Positions 59,301-64,000 of a DNA stretch of 64,000 bases are shown piece by piece; within the stretch, counting starts at the first letter, position 1; each line of letters opens with the position of its first letter. The translations under genes were made by a program, and so were the position numbers. The notes beneath the pieces were generated by a model. The model worked only from the letters and a program-made list of their open reading frames with translations. It did no database searches and had not been told where the DNA came from. Source of the stretch: Roseibacillus sp. (GTDB taxonomy: Bacteria > Verrucomicrobiota > Verrucomicrobiia > Verrucomicrobiales > Akkermansiaceae); contig JBPOGI010000007.1 of assembly GCA_051251855.1 (NCBI GenBank), forward strand, positions 32,001 through 96,000, read 5' to 3'.

Positions 59301-59570
59301 GAGACCAATCGCGCTCGAGGTCCGAACCCGTCGCACCCCCGGTATCCCATTCACCGCCGTCTCGATCGGAAAAGTCACGTATTGCTCGACCTCATCAGCG
59401 GCAAGGCCAGGTGACTCGGTCATGATCACCACCGTGGGCGCATTGAGTTCCGGAAAGACATCTACCGGAATGTGCTGCAAGCGGGCCAAAACAAAGGCCA
59501 GGAGCACCCCAGCCAGCACCAGCACCAGCGCGGCGTGATGGAGGGAAAATTGAATCAGTTTGCTCAGCAT
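56385..59570 (-). CDS. CzcA/CusA family heavy-metal efflux RND permease
   Basis: PVDVFPEL, TFPIETAVNG, LGGLAIA.G.LVDDAIIDVEN, TGRAE.DEH, GIAVRNG and RLIPILMTA. Confidence 0.95.
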   Translation of the reverse strand: MLSKLIQFSLHHAALVLVLAGVLLAFVLARLQHIPVDVFPELNAPTVVIMTESPGLAADEVEQYVTFPIETAVNGIPGVRRVRTSSAIGLSIAYVEFDWDMEIFTARQMVSERLDAVREVLPPDAHAEMTPITSITGEIMLLALTSPAGEMSQMEIRSFAEFDLRNRLLAIPGVSQVSVIGGELPEYQVSVRQDDLRLYDLTLADVAEAAGASHSTLSAGYLMNVDSLELPIRQTGRVRSVEDVAGTIIKYHDNFPVPISQVADVRIAPAPVRGTGADGGRAAVVLTVQKAPGTNTLAVTETVDVMLDELASSLPEGLEINRDVFRQAEFIERSVENVVHALRDAAIIVAVILILFLLNVRTTIITLIAIPLSLAVGLLVFEWMQMSVNVMTLGGLAIAVGSLVDDAIIDVENVFRRLNENAAKPDSEQRPRLTVILDASNEIRPAMVFATLIIVLAFLPLMFLGGIEGRFFRPLGIAFGVSIIASLAVALTVTPAMCRYLMHGQKKTKEKSEPFLVRSLKKLYTPLVRLAVRFKALVLVTAMVATGMAAWLGSTFGTSFLPEFNEGTFLVGLFAPPGTSLQASDRMARGVEKQLLAIEGVKSVTRRTGRAERDEHAEPVSNSDIEVTVREGFSQEKVRQEMSQVLESVPGITTNIGQPIEHRLSHILSGTPAAIAISVYGEDLDTLRIIAKEIEGVLKPLPGTRDVAASREVLIQSLPVIYRPADLAAYGLTPQSASQQVRDAVFGITVAEINEGTKRYQLAVRLDESERDEVCDLENLILRGQGGALVRLHEVADIGPEMTSNLIARENAQRKAVITLNVEEGYNLGHLVGEVRERVDPIVGKYGFTVSYGGQFEAQQSASRTIFIYSGLVVFIMIFLLQLAVGSFRVALLVLVNLPLALIGGVVAIFLAESPGLLSNIMALFGQGGHYTAPVISIASMVGFITLFGIAVRNGILLVNHYQHLVAHEGKTMYEAIVQGSSERLIPILMTALTAALAVVPIVLKGDKPGNEILAPLSVVILGGLLSSTFLNLIVVPAGYAAIHRVSGKKSQTNTKERKTK

Positions 59571-59582
59571 GGTGGTATCGAA

Positions 59583-60839
59583 TTATTCCGCGTGAAAGGT
59601 TCCATCGGCATGAAAGTGCCCCCCTTTTTGGCTACTACCAGATTGTGAGGTCGCCAACTTCAACTCATAAGCACCATCGAAAACCACTTCATCCTGAGGG
59701 CCGAGACCGCTCTTCACTTCCACCCAACGACCATCATCAACACCCAGGTCGGCTTCCACTCGAATGGCCTTGTTAGCGTTCAGGGGATCCCTTTGGAAAA
59801 AGACATGCGTGATGCCATCCTTGACCACCGCCGAGCGCGGAATCGCCAACACCACCCCCTCGGTGGACTCAGTGGCCACTTCCAGAAAGGCGGAGACTCC
59901 TGCCTTGGCCCAAGGAGCGGTCTCGGTTGGGATAGCGTAGATAGTGGTGGTCCGAGTAGCGGGGTCGGAGCTCAGCCCGAGAGTGAGACTGGCTTCGAGA
60001 GACTCATTGATACTCGCCCCCCGAGCCTGCGGAGGAACGATTCGAACCAGTTGACCCTGTTCAAAGAGCGGCAAGTCACTTTGCAAGGCCAGCGCTCGGA
60101 AACGAATCATCTGTGGGTCAATGGTAGTCAGAAGCAAATCCCCCTCTGGAACAAAAGCGCCATTGGTGACTGCGAGCGACTGCACCACCGCAGCGCGAGT
60201 TGCTCGAATCTCGATCCAATCATCGTTCGAACTCCCCACATCGCCTTCTCCAGGCTTGGATGAACTCTGAAAACTCTCGAACTGCGAAGCCGCCTTCTGC
60301 GCCACCCTCAACTCGGCTTCTTGCCGAGATACCTCTGCGGCGAGAGCGCCGACTTCAGCTTCCAATTCTGCCCGCTTGAATCCTGCTGCCTGCAACTTCC
60401 GGAGCCGTTCGGCACTCGATTGCGCCTTCGCCTTCGTCTCCAGCAGAGCGGCCTGAGCCAGCTCAATCTTCGCCTGCAACTGCAGCCCTGCCGTCGAACG
60501 GAAGCGATAAAGAACGGCCCCTTCCTGAACGACATCGAACTGACCGACCCGGAACTCTACCGTGCCCGGGAGCATGGCGCGAAACTCCTGACTCGCCCGC
60601 GGCTGGAGCTCAAAGGAACCCGGAACCCGAATCGTGGTCGCCACCTCGCGACGCTCTACTTTGGCAAAAGTAATGCCGAGATTGCTTCGCACCAAAGCCG
60701 GGATTTCTACCCGATTGGTCGGGGTCTCAGCCTCACCCTCGTCATGATGATCTTCATGCGCAGGCTCGCTCGGTCCCTCACACCCCATCAGCAAAAGAAG
60801 AAGGGCAAAGAGAGGAATAAATTTTCGAATTCTGTTCAT
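59583..60839 (-). CDS. RND membrane-fusion protein (CzcB/CusB-like) lipoprotein
   Basis: LLMGC lipobox, HEDHH, alpha hairpin, IPRSAVV, VEVKSGL and terminal HFHADGTFH. Confidence 0.9.
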   Translation of the reverse strand: MNRIRKFIPLFALLLLLMGCEGPSEPAHEDHHDEGEAETPTNRVEIPALVRSNLGITFAKVERREVATTIRVPGSFELQPRASQEFRAMLPGTVEFRVGQFDVVQEGAVLYRFRSTAGLQLQAKIELAQAALLETKAKAQSSAERLRKLQAAGFKRAELEAEVGALAAEVSRQEAELRVAQKAASQFESFQSSSKPGEGDVGSSNDDWIEIRATRAAVVQSLAVTNGAFVPEGDLLLTTIDPQMIRFRALALQSDLPLFEQGQLVRIVPPQARGASINESLEASLTLGLSSDPATRTTTIYAIPTETAPWAKAGVSAFLEVATESTEGVVLAIPRSAVVKDGITHVFFQRDPLNANKAIRVEADLGVDDGRWVEVKSGLGPQDEVVFDGAYELKLATSQSGSSQKGGHFHADGTFHAE

Positions 60840-60863
60840 TTTTTAAAAAGTGGGTGGGTAATT

Positions 60864-62231
60864 CTAGAGCCCTTGGAGCAGGCGATACTCGGTCTGAACC
60901 TGAGCGAGGTCCCGGTGTATTGAGATGAGATCGAGTTTCACTTCATGCGCTCGCACAAGGCTTTCTAACAAAACCAAACTACTCCCCTCGCCCAGCGCAA
61001 CGAGATTCCAAGCATCCCCAATCTGCCGGTCAACGAGCGGCACCAAGGTCTGCTCGAGGTTGGATCGACGAGCCTTGATTCCTCTCGCTTTTGCATTCAG
61101 CGAAGCAAGGCGACCGACCATGCGTTCGTATCCGGTTTCGTAGGCAGCGCGGGCCAGCTCACGTTCGGCGCGAGCAGTGGCAATGCCTCCTTTGTTCGAA
61201 TTGAGAATCGGAACAGGAATCCCTGACAGGAGACCGATTCGGGACTGCCCTTCTTCCCGCTCAAGCGCGGGACCAATGGTGAGGTCGGGATACTGTTTAC
61301 GAATTTCGCGCAGCAGGGTCTTTTCCGCCACTTCATACTCTGCCGAAAGACGAAGCATCGTGGGGTGCGAGTCACTGGGCTTTCCGCTCTCGCAAGAGTC
61401 TTCAAAAGAAGCAGAGGGCACCAGCTCAACCTGAGCCCCAGGGGAAAGCCCCATCAGCGCTCGCAGATTCTGCCCACTTTCCTCTAGCTCTCCTTGCAAT
61501 CGCGCCAGCTCTCCACGGCGTTGCTCTTGCTCGATATGAAAGAGCTTTGACTCGGTTTGAGGCATTTCCCCCACCTCGGCCAGCTTCGAAGTACCCACCA
61601 CAATCGGTTCGAGCTGGGCCATGAGGCCTTTCGTTTCTTCGAGTTCGAGCCCTACTGCCGTCCATCGCAACCATTCTTCGCGGAGGTCATGGAGAACCTT
61701 TTGCTCCGTCTCCGCAATCTTGGCGAGCTCCGCTTGGGAAACCGCTTTCGCCCGAGACCGCTCAACCTCCAAACGGCCAGAAACTGGCAATGTTAAGGAG
61801 AGCGAGGAGCTCAAAAGCCAAGGACTCGGCACGCTCTCGGTGACTCGCAGAACATCGAAGCCCAACTGCGGGTCGTCCCAAAGACCCGCGTGCTCAGCAG
61901 TGGCGAGAGCCACTCCCGCATGTGCACGCGCCAATCGCAAATCAGGATGATAGAGCAAAGCAACGGTCTCCCCTTCAGCGAGAGAGAGACCGTTTCCGGA
62001 ATCAAATTTCCCGCCACGCGACGAGCCTTTGGAGAGCTTTCTCGCGAAAGAGCGAACGTCCTCATTGGAAGAAGAGCGGGCTCGCCAAGACTCAGCATGA
62101 GAGGCCAAGTCGAGAGGCTGCGACTGATAACTTTGGCATCCTGTTAGGACAACCATCGCCAGCGCGCACCCAAGAACATTGGCGGCGTAAAATTGATTTT
62201 TGAACAAGAAGAGATTGGGAACCGATTGCAT
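60864..62231 (-). CDS. TolC-family outer-membrane efflux protein (CzcC-like); start uncertain
   Basis: LTGC lipobox, AL..HPDL, YPDL.IGP and IP.PI.N.NKG.I..A; operon position. Confidence 0.88.
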   Translation of the reverse strand: MQSVPNLFLFKNQFYAANVLGCALAMVVLTGCQSYQSQPLDLASHAESWRARSSSNEDVRSFARKLSKGSSRGGKFDSGNGLSLAEGETVALLYHPDLRLARAHAGVALATAEHAGLWDDPQLGFDVLRVTESVPSPWLLSSSLSLTLPVSGRLEVERSRAKAVSQAELAKIAETEQKVLHDLREEWLRWTAVGLELEETKGLMAQLEPIVVGTSKLAEVGEMPQTESKLFHIEQEQRRGELARLQGELEESGQNLRALMGLSPGAQVELVPSASFEDSCESGKPSDSHPTMLRLSAEYEVAEKTLLREIRKQYPDLTIGPALEREEGQSRIGLLSGIPVPILNSNKGGIATARAERELARAAYETGYERMVGRLASLNAKARGIKARRSNLEQTLVPLVDRQIGDAWNLVALGEGSSLVLLESLVRAHEVKLDLISIHRDLAQVQTEYRLLQGL

Positions 62232-62427
62232 AAGCGAGATGCGGGAAAACAGATAGAACCTGAAAAAAATAGACTCATCGATGGCACTGTCCCCATTCAC
62301 TAGGGATGAGAATAACCAAAAACTCTTGAGAAGATTTCGTACACCTTCCGCAGATCGAATTGAGTCAATGAATCACGGAAAGAGAATGGCTCAACGAAAT
62401 CGTGAGGCCTTCTTTCCGAATAAGTTT

Positions 62428-62847
62428 TCAAGCCTGTTGAGGCGGCTTGGTAATCTCGAGATAAGGTTCCTCGGGAGAGGGCTCGCACTTCGAATGAATA
62501 CGACCCTCGGGCTTGGAGTCAGGCCGAAGAGCGAAAGGTTCCGATACTGGCTGGGCAAAGTCCAGGTTCAGCGTGATGACGTGGTGATGAGGTGCAGGCT
62601 CGTTTCCTGAGGGCGAATCCGGCTTTTCGCTCGGGGTGTCCTTCGAATCAGAATGAACGTCGTGTGAATGAGAATGGCCGTGATGACAGTCATCCGAGTG
62701 ATGCGTAGAGTGAAACTCTTCCCCGGGGAAATAGTGACAAGGCTCCCCTTCGAAAGCATGAGTATGCTCGATTTCAATACCCACTGACCCGAAGACGTAC
62801 ACGGGCGCGAAGCAGGAGAGCACCAGCAACGCAACCAGCCTTCTCAT
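62428..62847 (-). CDS. Exported His-rich hypothetical protein upstream of the efflux operon
   Basis: Signal-like N-terminus (MRRLVALLVLSC..); HSTHHSDDCHHGHSHSHDVH and PHHH; C-terminal KPP. Confidence 0.7.
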   Translation of the reverse strand: MRRLVALLVLSCFAPVYVFGSVGIEIEHTHAFEGEPCHYFPGEEFHSTHHSDDCHHGHSHSHDVHSDSKDTPSEKPDSPSGNEPAPHHHVITLNLDFAQPVSEPFALRPDSKPEGRIHSKCEPSPEEPYLEITKPPQQA

Positions 62848-62993
62848 TAGGGTCGTCATCTCGTAAAAGACTACGAACTTCGCCCCTTCGGTCAATCATG
62901 AACTCAGTATGAGCTCGCGCCACGCATTGATTCAAAGAGAGGCCTTGAGGTTGACCAACCTAACGATAGCAGGCATGGCTCCAGTCCGCCCGA

Positions 62994-63683
62994 GTGAAAC
63001 CATCCAACCAATCCAACCCTCTCCACGAAGCTCTTCGACTCGGCTGGGGCGGAGCCAAATCCAACCTCATCCCCGGGGCGGTGCTCTGGCTCATTGGACT
63101 CGCGCTTGTCGTCTCCTACTACCAACTCGACTCCGTGGCCATCGCTTTTGACCACATCGGTATTTGGAAAGACAACTTCTCCCCCTGGTTTGCAATGCTT
63201 TCGACAGGAATCTTCGGAAGCCTAGTTCCTTGGCTAGTCGGAGCCTTGTTTTTGCCGCAGGAGAAGAAACAACCGTTTCGCCGCGTGCCCTTTCTCTTTC
63301 TCTTTTGGGCCATTCATGGCTGGCAAGTGGACAAACTCTACGAACTCCAGTCGGTTGTCTTCGGAAGCGACCTCAAAACCTCCACCATCATATTCAAAAC
63401 CCTCGTCGATCAGTTTCTCTGGAGCCCCTTCCTAGCCACCCCACAGGTGCTTCTTTTTTACCTCTTCAGTGAACACGACCACTCGTTCCGTCATTTCAAG
63501 CAGGCTTTGCAGCGAAAAAATTTCCTGCAACGACTAATTCCCCTCCTTCTAACGAACTGGGTGGTGTGGATTCCCTCGGTGGCTCTCATCTACCTCTTCC
63601 CGCTCCCCTTGCAGCTCCCTTTGATGAACATCATCCTCGCGATCTGGTGTTTGATTCTCAGCTTCTTTGCAAAGAACGGGTGA
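62994..63683 (+). CDS. Mpv17/PMP22-like integral membrane protein
   Basis: K.LVDQF.W.P, NWVVWIP and P.PLQ......W...LS motifs; multiple TM segments. Confidence 0.7.
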   Translation: MKPSNQSNPLHEALRLGWGGAKSNLIPGAVLWLIGLALVVSYYQLDSVAIAFDHIGIWKDNFSPWFAMLSTGIFGSLVPWLVGALFLPQEKKQPFRRVPFLFLFWAIHGWQVDKLYELQSVVFGSDLKTSTIIFKTLVDQFLWSPFLATPQVLLFYLFSEHDHSFRHFKQALQRKNFLQRLIPLLLTNWVVWIPSVALIYLFPLPLQLPLMNIILAIWCLILSFFAKNG

Positions 63684-63728
63684 GACTTCACGCAGCACGG
63701 AACGCGGGTCTTTAGCCACTACCTCCTC

Positions 63729-63787
63729 CTGCAAAAACCTCTGCAAAAACCTCTGCGACCACTCCGCGACCTCTGTGGCTCTGCGTC
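63729..63787. repeat. 12-bp tandem duplication and CTC[TC]G[CT]G-rich intergenic repeats
   Basis: CTGCAAAAACCT x2 followed by CTCTGCG, CTCCGCG, CTCTGTG and CTCTGCG. Confidence 0.55.
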
Positions 63788-63880
63788 CAAATCGAATTCC
63801 CCTCGCGCCCCACTTTAGGAAATCATCACACGATTGGGTATTCTCCCCTCCCTCTCATCCCGTTAAAACCCTCCCAACAA

Positions 63881-64000
63881 ATGACCGAACTCTACCTCAT
63901 CCGCCACGGCGAAACCGAATGGAACCGCTCCGGCCTCTGGCAAGGACTACAAGACTCTCCCCTCACTGAAAACGGTATCGAACAGGCCCAATGCCTTGGC
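63881..64000 (+). CDS. Histidine phosphatase (phosphoglycerate mutase-like) family protein, 5' part only
   Basis: MTELYLIRHGETEWNRSGLWQGLQDSPLTENG, containing the RHG motif. Confidence 0.92.
   Translation, partial: MTELYLIRHGETEWNRSGLWQGLQDSPLTENGIEQAQCLG

Overview
This 64-kb window looks like chromosomal DNA from a Verrucomicrobiota bacterium, probably Verrucomicrobiales (Roseibacillus/Rubritalea-like). That placement is inferred from the PEP-CTERM protein, the SHD1-thioredoxin, the ECF sigma plus Ser/Thr kinase pair, sulfatase and DUF1080 genes, and a recurrent 'F[FY]RL'-type C-terminal domain. Core content: rsfS, lpxB, hemC, fused cobA-hemD, pstSCAB-phoU with a divergent phosphate porin, an M16 peptidase, a czcCBA-type efflux operon and three tRNAs (Ala-GGC, Leu-CAG, Thr-UGU). 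The most notable items are: (1) an exported SHD1-thioredoxin that the ORF track splits at an in-frame UGA in a W-U-P-P-C motif, followed by a SECIS-like hairpin, so probably a selenoprotein; (2) a ~12.4-kb accessory block between hemC and cobA-hemD in which three different secreted proteins share one unrecognised ~190-aa N-terminal domain; (3) in the same block, a HupE/UreJ protein and a Ser/Thr kinase, plus an ECF sigma gene carrying two in-frame stops; (4) a double zinc-ribbon bactofilin that probably starts at CTG; (5) REP-like palindromes, Pho-box-like sites and a candidate structured leader upstream of a DUF1611-racemase pair. All calls were made by eye from motifs; no database searches were run.
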